From Candidatus Uhrbacteria bacterium (lineage in GTDB: Bacteria > Patescibacteriota > Patescibacteriia > UBA9934), in assembly GCA_963822405.1 (NCBI GenBank), contig CAWGHH010000004.1:70226-134225 (forward strand): a stretch of DNA of 64,000 nt, written 5' to 3'. Made by a program: the position numbers and the translations under genes. The notes under the pieces are model-generated. The model searched no databases. It saw only the letters and a list, made by a program, of their open reading frames with translations, and had not been told where the DNA came from. Below are positions 45,982-56,126 of the stretch, in pieces (the first letter of the stretch is position 1; each line of letters starts with the position of its first letter).

Positions 45982-46068
45982 GACAAAACAAAAGACCAGT
46001 ATTGCCTCGAAATTTGAGTCGGAGTACCTCCTAAAAATTTCTCGACAACACTGGTCTTTTGTTTTGTC
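45982..46068. repeat. Family C hairpin between convergent HU gene and 46074 ORF
   Basis: 23-bp perfect arms GACAAAACAAAAGACCAGTATTG / CAACACTGGTCTTTTGTTTTGTC around AAATTTGAGTCGGAGTACCTCCTAAAAATTT. Confidence 0.75.
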
Positions 46069-46073
46069 TGACG

Positions 46074-47234
46074 TTAATGCTTCCTGATCCAGAAACTTCT
46101 AGAGAATCGGAACGCAAGTAGGATGATAAGTAGTAAGAAACTTACAAAAGCGGCAAGACCCACAATAACCTTTCCTTGAATTTTTGCGCCTTGAGGAGCG
46201 ACCGGAACAACCTGCGGAGCGATAGGCTTCGCCGCCTCCGGTTGAACAGTTGGTGTTGCAATATGAGGAGACACGACCGGTGTAGATCCTGGGACAGGTT
46301 CGATCGGCAAACTCGGCGGCTTCTGTTCAACCGCTAGTCCACCAAAAATGGCGAACTTTGTTAAGTGACCCACTTGGAACGTCACTTTTGAAGAAGTGAA
46401 CACGGCATCGGGAATAAGTGCCCACTCGCGGTTAGCCTCAACGTAATAATAAACCCCGAGATCTTTAAGGCCTAGAAGATTTTGATCAATCGGCAAAGTA
46501 ATAGTTAGTGGCGGAGAGAATGAATCGACAATATTTCCTGCCGAATCTCGTGCGTAGATATTATAAAATTCACCGTTGATTAACACCTTGTCCGTTGGCA
46601 CTAGTCCTTCCGAACTAGGGGTCAAAGGTTCATGCTCAATAATAATGGTTATTTGGGATCCGGAAGTGTTAGCGGGAATAGTGATGATTACCGGTCCCGC
46701 TGGAGTATCCACAGTTAGCACACCAGCCTGATCAGGCTCCAAAATAAGTGGTTGATCAACAACTTCGACCTGCGCCGGAATACCGATAGTCTGTGCGCCT
46801 AAGACATGACCACCGCCAGGGTTTACCGTCACTCGCCAATCAGTTTGCACGTCACAATAAGTTGGACAACCAAAGTTTATAGTTCCAACCAGCGTGCCCG
46901 TAGCCGTTCCCGTGAATAGCCCGTCGGAATTAATGCTTACTCCGCTGAAATCAATCCAACCAAGCTGCTCGCCCCAAGCAGAACCAGAAAGATTGCCACT
47001 GCCGTCATTCATGACGCCTCCCCTGGCGGGATTAAACTTAATAAAACCCTTGCTCTCAGACCATGCGTAACCACTAAGCGCACTCTCGCCAACAATTACA
47101 TTTTTGAAATTAATGTAGCCGACATTATTGCTCCAAGCGTATTGATGGCTGGTCAGCACCGTGCCTGTCATAGCCAAAACACTCAACGGAGAATATATCC
47201 CCAAGAGTGTAATTATGGCTATTCTTTTCTGCAT
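46074..47234 (-). CDS. Secreted repeat protein with C-terminal TM anchor
   Basis: Signal peptide. Three ~24-aa repeats (YAWSNNVGYINF / YAWSESKGFIKF / SAWGEQLGWIDF). C-terminal TM + RFSRSFWIRKH. Confidence 0.5.
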   Translation of the reverse strand: MQKRIAIITLLGIYSPLSVLAMTGTVLTSHQYAWSNNVGYINFKNVIVGESALSGYAWSESKGFIKFNPARGGVMNDGSGNLSGSAWGEQLGWIDFSGVSINSDGLFTGTATGTLVGTINFGCPTYCDVQTDWRVTVNPGGGHVLGAQTIGIPAQVEVVDQPLILEPDQAGVLTVDTPAGPVIITIPANTSGSQITIIIEHEPLTPSSEGLVPTDKVLINGEFYNIYARDSAGNIVDSFSPPLTITLPIDQNLLGLKDLGVYYYVEANREWALIPDAVFTSSKVTFQVGHLTKFAIFGGLAVEQKPPSLPIEPVPGSTPVVSPHIATPTVQPEAAKPIAPQVVPVAPQGAKIQGKVIVGLAAFVSFLLLIILLAFRFSRSFWIRKH

Positions 47235-47240
47235 ACCAAA

Positions 47241-47933
47241 TTACTTACCGGAAATTATAAGCAGATCAGCATTTGGCTTCACCTCACCGTCTGGCAACTG
47301 AGCCACCACTCCATGAACTAACTGCGCCAGCTGAGTCGCCTCCGTAACGTGCTGACCTGACACATCGATCACCATTGTCTCCGTGTAATTAGTCTTGGCC
47401 GCAGTCTCTACAGAAACAGTTTTCAAATTGCTAAATGATTCTTTTACAGCCTTCTCTACCTCAGCCGACAAACCTGCCGTTGTAGTTCCATTGTAATACG
47501 CCACAGTAAGTTCCGCCGGCGTAGTCTGCGAGGCAGCGGTTTCAGCGCTTACGTTTATTGAAGCAACCTGGATGATTTGGTCAGTCGACGGTCGATACAA
47601 AATCGCTTCTTTGGTATTTACGTAGGCAAAGAGAACATCGCCATTTTCTGCCATCTTAAAAAATGGCTGGTCAGCTAATTTTGTTTTGTCTGAAATAGTG
47701 ACCACTGATGGTTCTTCGTCGGTGGGCAACAAGATATGCTTGCCGAGTGCCGCAATAAGTGCCGCGCTCTGCTTCTGAGCTTCTATATTTGGATTTGCTC
47801 GAAGTGCCGAATATTTCTGATAGAAGTACATTGATCCACCCACACCAAGCACCGCAACAGCCACAAGTAGCCCAAGAAGAACCTGCTTAATATCGAGAGA
47901 ACGAAGTGACTTAACAACATTCGGTTTGATCAT
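47241..47933 (-). CDS. Membrane-anchored protein with LytR_C-like C-terminal domain; paralog of 30308..30814
   Basis: N-terminal TM, shared LPTDE…ILYRPSTDQIIQVASINVS domain, C-terminal VAYYNGTTTAGLSAEVEKAV…TMVIDVSG resembling LytR_C. Confidence 0.55.
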   Translation of the reverse strand: MIKPNVVKSLRSLDIKQVLLGLLVAVAVLGVGGSMYFYQKYSALRANPNIEAQKQSAALIAALGKHILLPTDEEPSVVTISDKTKLADQPFFKMAENGDVLFAYVNTKEAILYRPSTDQIIQVASINVSAETAASQTTPAELTVAYYNGTTTAGLSAEVEKAVKESFSNLKTVSVETAAKTNYTETMVIDVSGQHVTEATQLAQLVHGVVAQLPDGEVKPNADLLIISGK

Positions 47934-47940
47934 AATTAGT

Positions 47941-49545
47941 TTATTGAACTATTGGAGTTTCTACCGGAACGTCAATCGGGACAACAACTGCGTCCATAAC
48001 AGGAGGAACATCAATAACTACCGGTTCCATCACAGGCTCTACTATTGCTTCAGGAATAGGCTCAGCGATAGGCTCGGTAACCGGCTCAATGACAGGCTCG
48101 ACAACTGGCTCTGCGACTGTTTCGGCGACTGGTGCCGGCGACGAATTGTCTACGGGCACAAAACTACTCGACGTGACCACTCCCCCGCTAATAACCTGTT
48201 GCAACTGGTCGCCGTCAACACATATCTCCGTTCCGTCAGTTTTCTTCACACAAAGCTGTTCTGTGTGTACTTTCTTCGTAAAGACTTCATCAAAGTAGCC
48301 ACGAATTGCAGTAACACGAGCAGACACAAAGTCAGTCAAGAACTGTTCGCCACTAGCAATCTTAGACGTGATAATCGAAATCGGATCTCGAGCAATCTCG
48401 GTCTGAATAATAGCCATTAAGCCGTTATCAGTTCCATTGGCTGACACCTCGCCCAAGAGCACGCCTTCCTCACCAAGATCAAGATTTTTTGCAAAGGCCA
48501 TAATCATTCCAACCCCCTCACCTTCATACGATTCCATCGCCTCTCCAATAACAAGACCCGCTCCAATCGATTTTGTCGCAACGCCGGGGGTTGATGAGAG
48601 AGCAAGATAGTCGCCGGCATGAATGCTGCCATTTTCCGTTGTGACTTTTACAGGAACCCGTCCGGATAGCGCAACCGGAACAGCGCCCACTCCCTCTCTA
48701 TTCACTCCCCCAATAAGCGATCCTGGTCTTGTCGAAACAATACCGATAGCATGTTCACCATGAACTCCTGAACTTTTCTTCACGCCAGTTTTCAAAGTAG
48801 AATCTAACGAGACAACATCTCCAGCTTCTAAACCAGAGTCTCTGGTGGTATAAATTTCGGCCAAGTCAGCGCCAGTATCTATAACAATGGCTTCAATGCC
48901 CCAGTTCAAAATATCAGAGTCTCCTCCACCAGATGTCACAGCGGCACATAACGAATAAGGCTGAGCGGATGTGCCCACATCAACTGCGATGCCTGATACG
49001 CGGATGGTTCCTCTGTCATTCACCGCGCTACTTGATGAGGTAATGGTATACGTCACCGTTGCATTCCCAACCGTTGCACCCGTACAATTCGCGGTAGTCT
49101 CAATAACAATTTGTAGCGGCTGGTCAGTACCACTGCCACTGTACACGTCAGCCCAACCTGTAACGTAGACATCCCCGAGCGCAGTTGTTGGTGTCAAAGA
49201 AATGGTTCCGAGAGTGATCTGGGCTCCGCCTGTGGGAATATTCGTCGGTGATTCATTCGTGTCATAAAGTGCCGCATGCTGAAGATCGGAGCCGGCACTC
49301 CTGCAGTTTACCCAAGCGCCGTTTTCATAACAACGGAACTTATTCGTTCCTGTGCTGTAATACATTCCGCCGTTAACCCCAGTTGGATCTGCCGTGCCGT
49401 TATCGAGAACCAACAAATCAGGAGTTGCGGTGCCCGCTATTACCAATTCGAACCATGTCGCTAGCACTCGTTGCTCCCACCGCCAGAAGAATATCACCAG
49501 TACCTGATTGAAGGTTGAGCGAAGTGGCACTGGTGGTGTTGCCAA
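47941..49545 (-). CDS. C-terminal segment of giant surface protein (separated from 49418..55591 by a 1-nt frameshift)
   Basis: The module …IAGTATPDLLVLDNG…KFRCYENGAW continues the repeat pattern of the upstream ORF in another frame. Confidence 0.6.
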   Translation of the reverse strand: MATPPVPLRSTFNQVLVIFFWRWEQRVLATWFELVIAGTATPDLLVLDNGTADPTGVNGGMYYSTGTNKFRCYENGAWVNCRSAGSDLQHAALYDTNESPTNIPTGGAQITLGTISLTPTTALGDVYVTGWADVYSGSGTDQPLQIVIETTANCTGATVGNATVTYTITSSSSAVNDRGTIRVSGIAVDVGTSAQPYSLCAAVTSGGGDSDILNWGIEAIVIDTGADLAEIYTTRDSGLEAGDVVSLDSTLKTGVKKSSGVHGEHAIGIVSTRPGSLIGGVNREGVGAVPVALSGRVPVKVTTENGSIHAGDYLALSSTPGVATKSIGAGLVIGEAMESYEGEGVGMIMAFAKNLDLGEEGVLLGEVSANGTDNGLMAIIQTEIARDPISIITSKIASGEQFLTDFVSARVTAIRGYFDEVFTKKVHTEQLCVKKTDGTEICVDGDQLQQVISGGVVTSSSFVPVDNSSPAPVAETVAEPVVEPVIEPVTEPIAEPIPEAIVEPVMEPVVIDVPPVMDAVVVPIDVPVETPIVQ

Positions 49546-52500
49546 TAGTTATCGTCTTAGCGTTTGCTCCAGTACCAAGATTCACGGCACCGGTTGTGCC
49601 AGAATCAAGCGTCAAGGCTGATGTGGTAGCTGAAGCAATTGAGGTGGCTCCCGTACCGGTCAAAGTTGTTGCTCCAGCCGCAAGAGTAAAACGAGTAGCA
49701 CCACCGGTGATAAGATTCAAAGCATTGGCATCCGTGGTTCCAAGTACTGCCGTTGCAGAGTATGCGTTCCCTCCTTGGATGAAAACCGTTGCGCCCAAGG
49801 TGCTGCTGGTAACGGGCATGGAAACCGTTCGCCAACGTGACGCGCCGGAATCATATTGAAAAGCAACAGTGGTATCTGGTGAGATAGTAAGTCCGCCTCC
49901 GTTTGCAGTAATGATTCTATTCGCAGCAATAGATCCAACATCCTGGTTAGCAAAAATGATACTGGAGGCCGAGGCGTTCATGATGCGCATATAGCGTCCG
50001 TCGGCACCCCCGGCAAAACCAGTGATGGTTGCCGAACCGGCACCGTTGTAGCGGAATAATGAGCCGTTTCCGAGGTCTACATCATTTGTAGTGCCGGTAG
50101 TGATATAGTCGGTTCCCTTTGGCGTGTACCAACCATCTGTAGCGCTAAGTGCGCCGGTCACGGTCAAACCACCATTCATAGTCACCAAACCAGAGCCAAA
50201 AGTAACAGCTCGATTAGTAGTTGTATTTATGCCGAGTATCCCCGCGCCTGTCATGTCCATTACCGTGCTAGCTCCAGCCAAGGTCAAAGCGGTCGAGTTA
50301 AACGTGGTGGCACCGGTACCAGTAGTGAAAGTATTACTACCCGAAACTGAAGCGTTTCCACCCATCACCACACCACCAGAACCGCTATTCAAGTTTAATG
50401 TTGTCGTGCCGGTGGTGTTACCAATAGTAACTATTTTCGAGCTCCCCCCAGTACCAAGGTTTACTGCGCCAGTTGAACCAGAATCAAGCGTCAGAACACC
50501 AGTCGTTCCAGTTGTAATGCCTATGGTCGAGGCCGCTGCTGATGAAAGCGTAAGCGATCCAGTTGACGTTAGTGTTGTCGAGCCTGTACCGGTCAAGGTC
50601 GAAGCAGCCGAGGCCACCTCAAACCGCGTGCTACCACCAGTCATCAAGTCCAACGCATATGCGTCAGTAGTTCCGATCGACAAGGCGGCGCCAATATTGT
50701 TCCCAGCTCCGCAAGCAAAAGAACCGGTCGTCGGACAAGTAGACGTATCAAGCAAAACGTTACCCGTCAGATTAGGGAAGGTCCAAGTCTTAGCGCTACC
50801 AGTTAGATCAGTTGAAGTGAGGGTTCCCGTAAACGAAGCTCCACCGCCAGTAGACGGTGTCAAAGCCAGCTCATCATTAGTAGCCGTACTAGTTTGGAAA
50901 TTTGTAGTTCCGGCAGTTAATGTTACGTTATTTGACCCAGCGTTGATGTTCACCGCAGTGGTTCCAGTTGTGTTACCTATAGTTATCGTCTTCGAGCTCG
51001 CCCCAGTGCCAAGATTGATTGCACCGGTTGACCCAGAGTCAAGCGTCAAAACACCAGTCGTTCCCGCAGTTACGTTTAACGACGTTGCGGATGGACTCGC
51101 AATGTCCCCACCGGTCACAGTTAAGTCCCCGGTTAAGTTTCCATTACCAGAAGTATCAAGTACTAAAGCGTTTGATCCATTCGTTTTCAAGTTCAAGGCG
51201 TAGGCGTCTGTGGTTCCAAAATTAGCGGCGGTCCCAAAGCCATTTCCGCCTTGGATATAGGCAAAGGAAGAAACTGAACCGCTCGATGCTGGCAAAATCA
51301 CTAGACGCCAACGCTGTGCAGTCGAATCGTATTGGAAAGTTGCGGTCACATCCGGATCGATCACTAAGTTTCCTCCAGTAGTAGTAATAATTCGGTTAAC
51401 GTCGGTCGAGCTAACATCTTGATTGCTAAATATCATGCTGGAAGCCGAGGCGTTGGTCAGACGAATCTGTTTTCCGTTAACAGGGTTAGCGATACCGGTA
51501 ATCGTGATCTGCGATGCGCCGGTAAATCTAAACCATGTTCCAGCGCCCAGGTTCAAGTTATTCTGTGTTCCAGTGACCGAGAAATCAGAACCACGAGTAT
51601 TAATCAAAGCTCCTGTATACGTCAGATCTCCATTGATAGTAGCCCCACCCCCAGTAGTAAACAATCCAGTTCCTGTAGAGATTGCTCGATTAGTTACAGT
51701 GTTCAAACTAAGTATTCCCGTGCCGGTCATGTCGATGACCGTGCTATTACCCGCAAATGTAACCGTCGAACCGTTTACCGTCACACTGTCGCCGGTAGCG
51801 TTGCCGAGAGTAGTCAAACCGTTAACTAGTAAATCATTACTAAAAGTTTTGTTCCCGGCCAAGGTCTGGGCGCCAGTTGTCACCAAACCTCGATTCGTTA
51901 CCGATGCATCAGGAATGTTGAACGTATGCGTACCTGATCCTGAAACGATATTAAAGTCAGTACCCGTTGTACCAATAACTAAAGTCTGTGACGCTCCACC
52001 TTCTCCGTTTAAACTAGTCAAACCAGCACCGCCCCCGGTGTCACAATCTTTCCAAGCGACACCTTCATAACATCTAAACTTACTGCTCGCTATATTGTAA
52101 TAGCTTGCTCCAGGCGTGCCGCCTGATGGATCTCCAGAACCACTGACCGCCGATTTTGTGTCGAGCACGAGCAAGTCTGGAGTAGCTGAGCCAGTCGAAC
52201 CAGCACCTATCTGCACATATGCAGTGGTACCCGTTCCCGCCACCTGTAACTTCAAATCCCCCGCGGTAGTTCCCCAGGTTGAGGTCGCACCAGCAGTGAA
52301 TGTCAAAGCATCGGCCGAAGTAAAACTTGACGCAGCTGTTGGTGTCAAAAGAACTGCGCCAGTACCAGTTGCCGTAAAGTTTCCAGAAGTCAGAGTAAGG
52401 GCAAAGTCAGCAGACGAACCAGTCGTAATTCCAGGACCGGCTGTATAGGCACTTTGCAAAGTAGTGGTTCCGCCGGTGGTGTCACAATCCTTCCATCCCC

Positions 52501-55500
52501 CACCTTCGTAACAACGGAACTTACTGCTCGTCGTGTTGTAGTAACTCGCGCCGTTTGTACCTCCAACAGGATCAGCTGAACTATTATTTTTAAGGTCAAG
52601 AACGAACAAATCCGGCGTAGCAGATCCACTACCTACACCGATCTGCACATTGCCGATAGCTCCCGTACCCGCCACCTGTAGCGAAATACCACCAGTTCCT
52701 GACTGCAAATTAAGAGTCGTCGAAGTCGTGGTATTACCAACGGTGACCGTCTTGGCGTTCGCCCCAGTTCCAAGATTTACCGCGCCAGTAGTACCGGAAT
52801 CAAGCGTCAACACGCCAGTAGAGCCAGAAGTCACATTCAAAGCCACGGTCGCGGCCGAAAGCACATCGCCACCGGTAACAGTTAGATCACCCGTTAAATT
52901 GGCGTTGCCGGAGGTATCAAGGGATAGGGCCGTTACATTGTTAGTAATCAAATTAAGTGGGTAACCATCAGTTGTGCCAACATTAAGCGCGGTATTGAAG
53001 CTATTTCCACCCGCCACAATTGCCACCGCCTCGACCGGTAAGGCGGTAACGCGCCAACGCAATGATCCTGAATCATATTGAAGACTGATAGACCCATTAG
53101 TGCCAATCGTTGCACTCTCCCCGTTCGCGGTAGCAATTCTATTTGCCGCCAATGACCCAGAATCCTGATTTGTAAGAACTATATTTGAAGATGAAACATT
53201 GGTGATTCGAATTTGTCTACCATCTGTTCCACCAGCAATACCCGTAACCGTTGCTGGGGCGCCGCCAGTAAAACGGAATAACATTCCAGAGCCAAAGTTT
53301 ACGTTGTTCTGAGTACCGGTAGACGAATAGTCAGTGCCCTTTGGCGTAATGAAATTACCGATGACTGAAAAGGCACCGGAACCAGAACTAAATGAGTTTC
53401 CATCCGTAAATGTTACGTTACCATCAATATTTATGCCTCCGGAACCAGCGTCAAGGTGAAGAGCGGTAGCACCCACGTTATTACCAATAGTAATTATTTT
53501 GGCGTTTGCTCCTGTTCCCAAATTAACGTCACCAGTAGTTCCAGAATCAAGGGTCAATACACCGGTCGTCCCTGTCTTCAAATTCATCGCCGTGACCGCT
53601 GGTGTTGAAATATCCCCGCCAGTGACCGTTAAATCTCCAGTTAAGTTACCGTTACCTGAAGTATCCAGTGTAAGTGCGTTTACTCCCCCAGTCTGCAAAT
53701 TCAGCCCATAAAAATCATCCGAGCCAAGAACTTCAGTAGCCCCGAAAGAATTTCCGCCCTGAATAAAACCAGTGGTCAAAATGTTTGCCACGTTAGATGG
53801 TGGCGACAAAACGTGCCAGTGTCCATAACCATTATAAATCTCGTATTGCAACATGACGGTTGTGTCTTCTGGAAGCACCAAGTCGCCCAACGTACCGGTG
53901 ATAATTCGATTATCAGTACTGGATCCCGCGTCTTCGTTCTTCAAAGTAATGGTGTTGGCACCCGCCGCGTTCATAAGCGTAAGTAGCTGACCGTCCGTGC
54001 CCGCCAAAATTCCAGTGAACGCCACTGGAGATGCTCCCGTATATCGAATCAATGCTCCGATACCAAAATTTGCATTATTCACGGTTCCAGTTGTCGTAAA
54101 ATCAACTCCATGGGGAGTGATTAAATTACCAGCAATCGTCAGACTGCCGTCTACATTATTATCTCCACCAACAGTGAATAGACCGGTACCAGTGGTGATC
54201 GCCCTATTTGTTGTTGTGTTTAGGCTGAGCGTACCCGTTCCGGTCATGTTTATCACCGTACTATTCCCCGCAAGTGTGATTCCCGTCGAGTTAATAGTGG
54301 TGATGCCTGTGCCGGTAGTGAAAGCGTTACTGCCAGTAATTGTTGTATTGCCACCAAGCGAGATGCCACTTGAGCCACTATTCAAGTTAAGTGCCGTCGT
54401 ACCTGACGTATTACCAATTGTGATTATTTTCGAGTTAGCCCCGTTACCAAAGTTAATCGCTCCGGTGGTGCCGGTATCGATCGTCAAAGTTCCCGTAGTG
54501 CCGGTAGTAATGCCTATAGTCGAGGCCGCCGCAGATGAAAGAGCAAGCGCACCAGTTGACGTGAGAGTTGTCGAGCCCGTACCAGTCAAGGTCGAGGCAC
54601 CCGCAGCTAGAGCAAACCTAGTCGCTCCGCCCGTGATAAGGTCTAGAGCGTAAGCGTCTGTTGTACCAATGGTTGCTATAGCTCCGAAAGAGTTACCGCC
54701 CTGCGCAAAATCGAGACTAGCGGTTGTAGGTAAAACAGCAACCCGCCAGCGAGACGCACCTGAGTCATACTGCATGTCAAACGTTGAGTTTGGCGGAATG
54801 ACTGCATCCAAACCAGTCTCTATGATAATTCTGTTGGCCGCCACCGAACTGGTATTTTGATGTCTAATGGTCAAATTAGATGAAGAAGCGTTTGTGATTC
54901 GGACCATCTGGCCGTCAACCCCGCCTGCAAAACCAGTAATCGTCGCCTCGCTCACGCCGGTATATCTAAAGAAAGAGCCAGTGCCAAGATCAACGTCATT
55001 CTGTACACCGGTCGTTGCGAAGTCGGTTCCCATTGGTCTCGCATAATCTCCAATGATGGTCAGTCCATCACCAAATGTCTTTGCGCCGGCAAATAACTGT
55101 GTTCCTGTCGTCACTAGTCCTCTATTTAAGGCCGAGGCATCAGGAATATTGAGTGTGTGAACGTTAGCCGCCGAAGCAAAACTAACATCCGTTCCAGATG
55201 TTCCGATGGCGAACGTTTGAGTGGTTCCAGTTTGGCCGTTCAAGCTGGTCAAACCAGCACCACCACTAACCGTCACCCACGCAGATCCATCATAGGCAAA
55301 GAAAGTCCCCCCAACTGTATCAAGATACAAGGCTCCCGTATCCGGGCTGACGAGTGCAGGCGCACCAGCACCAGTATTTGCGTCACCAATCGGCAACACG
55401 CCACAGTTGCTAGCGCCAGGTGCGCAATCTGGTTCTAGTGTTTCACCTGGTAAGTACACGGAAGCTTGGGCAAAAGGAGCCAAAACCAATGAAAATACAC

Positions 55501-55591
55501 AAAATAAAACAGATACACTAAATTTAGTAAATGTACTATGTACAAAATTCTGTCTATGGATGTCCATAGCGCACGTTAGGTTGACCAACAC
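49418..55591 (-). CDS. Giant Thr/Gly-rich secreted surface protein (2057 aa segment) with ~250-aa tandem modules
   Basis: Signal peptide. Repeated modules containing ATPDL(F/L)VLD…KFRCYEG(G/V)WKDCDT and long TGT-rich beta stretches. Confidence 0.7.
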   Translation of the reverse strand: MLVNLTCAMDIHRQNFVHSTFTKFSVSVLFCVFSLVLAPFAQASVYLPGETLEPDCAPGASNCGVLPIGDANTGAGAPALVSPDTGALYLDTVGGTFFAYDGSAWVTVSGGAGLTSLNGQTGTTQTFAIGTSGTDVSFASAANVHTLNIPDASALNRGLVTTGTQLFAGAKTFGDGLTIIGDYARPMGTDFATTGVQNDVDLGTGSFFRYTGVSEATITGFAGGVDGQMVRITNASSSNLTIRHQNTSSVAANRIIIETGLDAVIPPNSTFDMQYDSGASRWRVAVLPTTASLDFAQGGNSFGAIATIGTTDAYALDLITGGATRFALAAGASTLTGTGSTTLTSTGALALSSAAASTIGITTGTTGTLTIDTGTTGAINFGNGANSKIITIGNTSGTTALNLNSGSSGISLGGNTTITGSNAFTTGTGITTINSTGITLAGNSTVINMTGTGTLSLNTTTNRAITTGTGLFTVGGDNNVDGSLTIAGNLITPHGVDFTTTGTVNNANFGIGALIRYTGASPVAFTGILAGTDGQLLTLMNAAGANTITLKNEDAGSSTDNRIITGTLGDLVLPEDTTVMLQYEIYNGYGHWHVLSPPSNVANILTTGFIQGGNSFGATEVLGSDDFYGLNLQTGGVNALTLDTSGNGNLTGDLTVTGGDISTPAVTAMNLKTGTTGVLTLDSGTTGDVNLGTGANAKIITIGNNVGATALHLDAGSGGINIDGNVTFTDGNSFSSGSGAFSVIGNFITPKGTDYSSTGTQNNVNFGSGMLFRFTGGAPATVTGIAGGTDGRQIRITNVSSSNIVLTNQDSGSLAANRIATANGESATIGTNGSISLQYDSGSLRWRVTALPVEAVAIVAGGNSFNTALNVGTTDGYPLNLITNNVTALSLDTSGNANLTGDLTVTGGDVLSAATVALNVTSGSTGVLTLDSGTTGAVNLGTGANAKTVTVGNTTTSTTLNLQSGTGGISLQVAGTGAIGNVQIGVGSGSATPDLFVLDLKNNSSADPVGGTNGASYYNTTSSKFRCYEGGGWKDCDTTGGTTTLQSAYTAGPGITTGSSADFALTLTSGNFTATGTGAVLLTPTAASSFTSADALTFTAGATSTWGTTAGDLKLQVAGTGTTAYVQIGAGSTGSATPDLLVLDTKSAVSGSGDPSGGTPGASYYNIASSKFRCYEGVAWKDCDTGGGAGLTSLNGEGGASQTLVIGTTGTDFNIVSGSGTHTFNIPDASVTNRGLVTTGAQTLAGNKTFSNDLLVNGLTTLGNATGDSVTVNGSTVTFAGNSTVIDMTGTGILSLNTVTNRAISTGTGLFTTGGGATINGDLTYTGALINTRGSDFSVTGTQNNLNLGAGTWFRFTGASQITITGIANPVNGKQIRLTNASASSMIFSNQDVSSTDVNRIITTTGGNLVIDPDVTATFQYDSTAQRWRLVILPASSGSVSSFAYIQGGNGFGTAANFGTTDAYALNLKTNGSNALVLDTSGNGNLTGDLTVTGGDIASPSATSLNVTAGTTGVLTLDSGSTGAINLGTGASSKTITIGNTTGTTAVNINAGSNNVTLTAGTTNFQTSTATNDELALTPSTGGGASFTGTLTSTDLTGSAKTWTFPNLTGNVLLDTSTCPTTGSFACGAGNNIGAALSIGTTDAYALDLMTGGSTRFEVASAASTLTGTGSTTLTSTGSLTLSSAAASTIGITTGTTGVLTLDSGSTGAVNLGTGGSSKIVTIGNTTGTTTLNLNSGSGGVVMGGNASVSGSNTFTTGTGATTFNSTALTLAGASTVMDMTGAGILGINTTTNRAVTFGSGLVTMNGGLTVTGALSATDGWYTPKGTDYITTGTTNDVDLGNGSLFRYNGAGSATITGFAGGADGRYMRIMNASASSIIFANQDVGSIAANRIITANGGGLTISPDTTVAFQYDSGASRWRTVSMPVTSSTLGATVFIQGGNAYSATAVLGTTDANALNLITGGATRFTLAAGATTLTGTGATSIASATTSALTLDSGTTGAVNLGTGANAKTITIGNTTSATSLNLQSGTGDILLAVGATSASDMVRIGNSGHRNS

Positions 55592-55712
55592 CCCAATTCA
55601 ACTTTTCTCTAGCCACAGCATACCATGCACAACTATTACTGAGCATATCGGTGCATAACTTAAATCCCGCACCTCTTGGGGCGCGGGACGTTCGTATTCG
55701 GCCGTGGCCGAA

Positions 55713-56000
55713 TTACGAAGACGGACTGTTCGTCAGCACTTGGGTGCCGATTTTTCGGACGTTGTTCCAGGCGTGACGTATTCTCACTTCCGGTAGACTG
55801 TGGTCAATCGTGGCGTCAGCCGCATCGTACGGCGGCATGCGATCAACCTGTGTAGGGTCCATGTTTGCCCCCATCACGCGGTACGTAAGCACGTGAACCG
55901 CAACCATGAAGTCGCGCGAGGCAAACAGCTGGGGCGGCGGTTTCTGTGCCCCAATCCCAAACTGTAGCGTATCCACAGCAGTGAAATTATACTCGCCCAT
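55713..56000 (-). CDS. Hypothetical protein (95 aa), GC-rich
   Basis: ORF with elevated GC. Palindrome ATTCGGCCgtGGCCGAAT immediately downstream of its stop. Confidence 0.4.
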   Translation of the reverse strand: MGEYNFTAVDTLQFGIGAQKPPPQLFASRDFMVAVHVLTYRVMGANMDPTQVDRMPPYDAADATIDHSLPEVRIRHAWNNVRKIGTQVLTNSPSS

Positions 56001-56037
56001 CTTCCCTCCAAACGTTCAAACCTCCTACAGTTTACAC

Positions 56038-56122
56038 CAAAAAAACAAAAACCAGCGTTGTCGAGAAAATGTTAGGAGGTACTCCGACTCAAATTTCGAG
56101 ACAATACTGGTCTTTTGTTTTT
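56038..56122. repeat. Family C hairpin (inverted orientation) downstream of proS
   Basis: Near-identical arms to the 45982 copy, around AAATTTGAGTCGGAGTACCTCCTAACATTTT on the minus strand. Confidence 0.7.
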
Positions 56123-56126
56123 TGGT

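Noticed and set aside
50124-54653. Several 200-360 aa plus-strand Pro/Val/Ala-rich ORFs (50124..51203, 51423..52070, 53997..54653)
   Set aside because: They lie antisense to the giant Thr/Gly-rich surface gene. Low-complexity translations of the complementary strand of ACC/GGT-rich codons.
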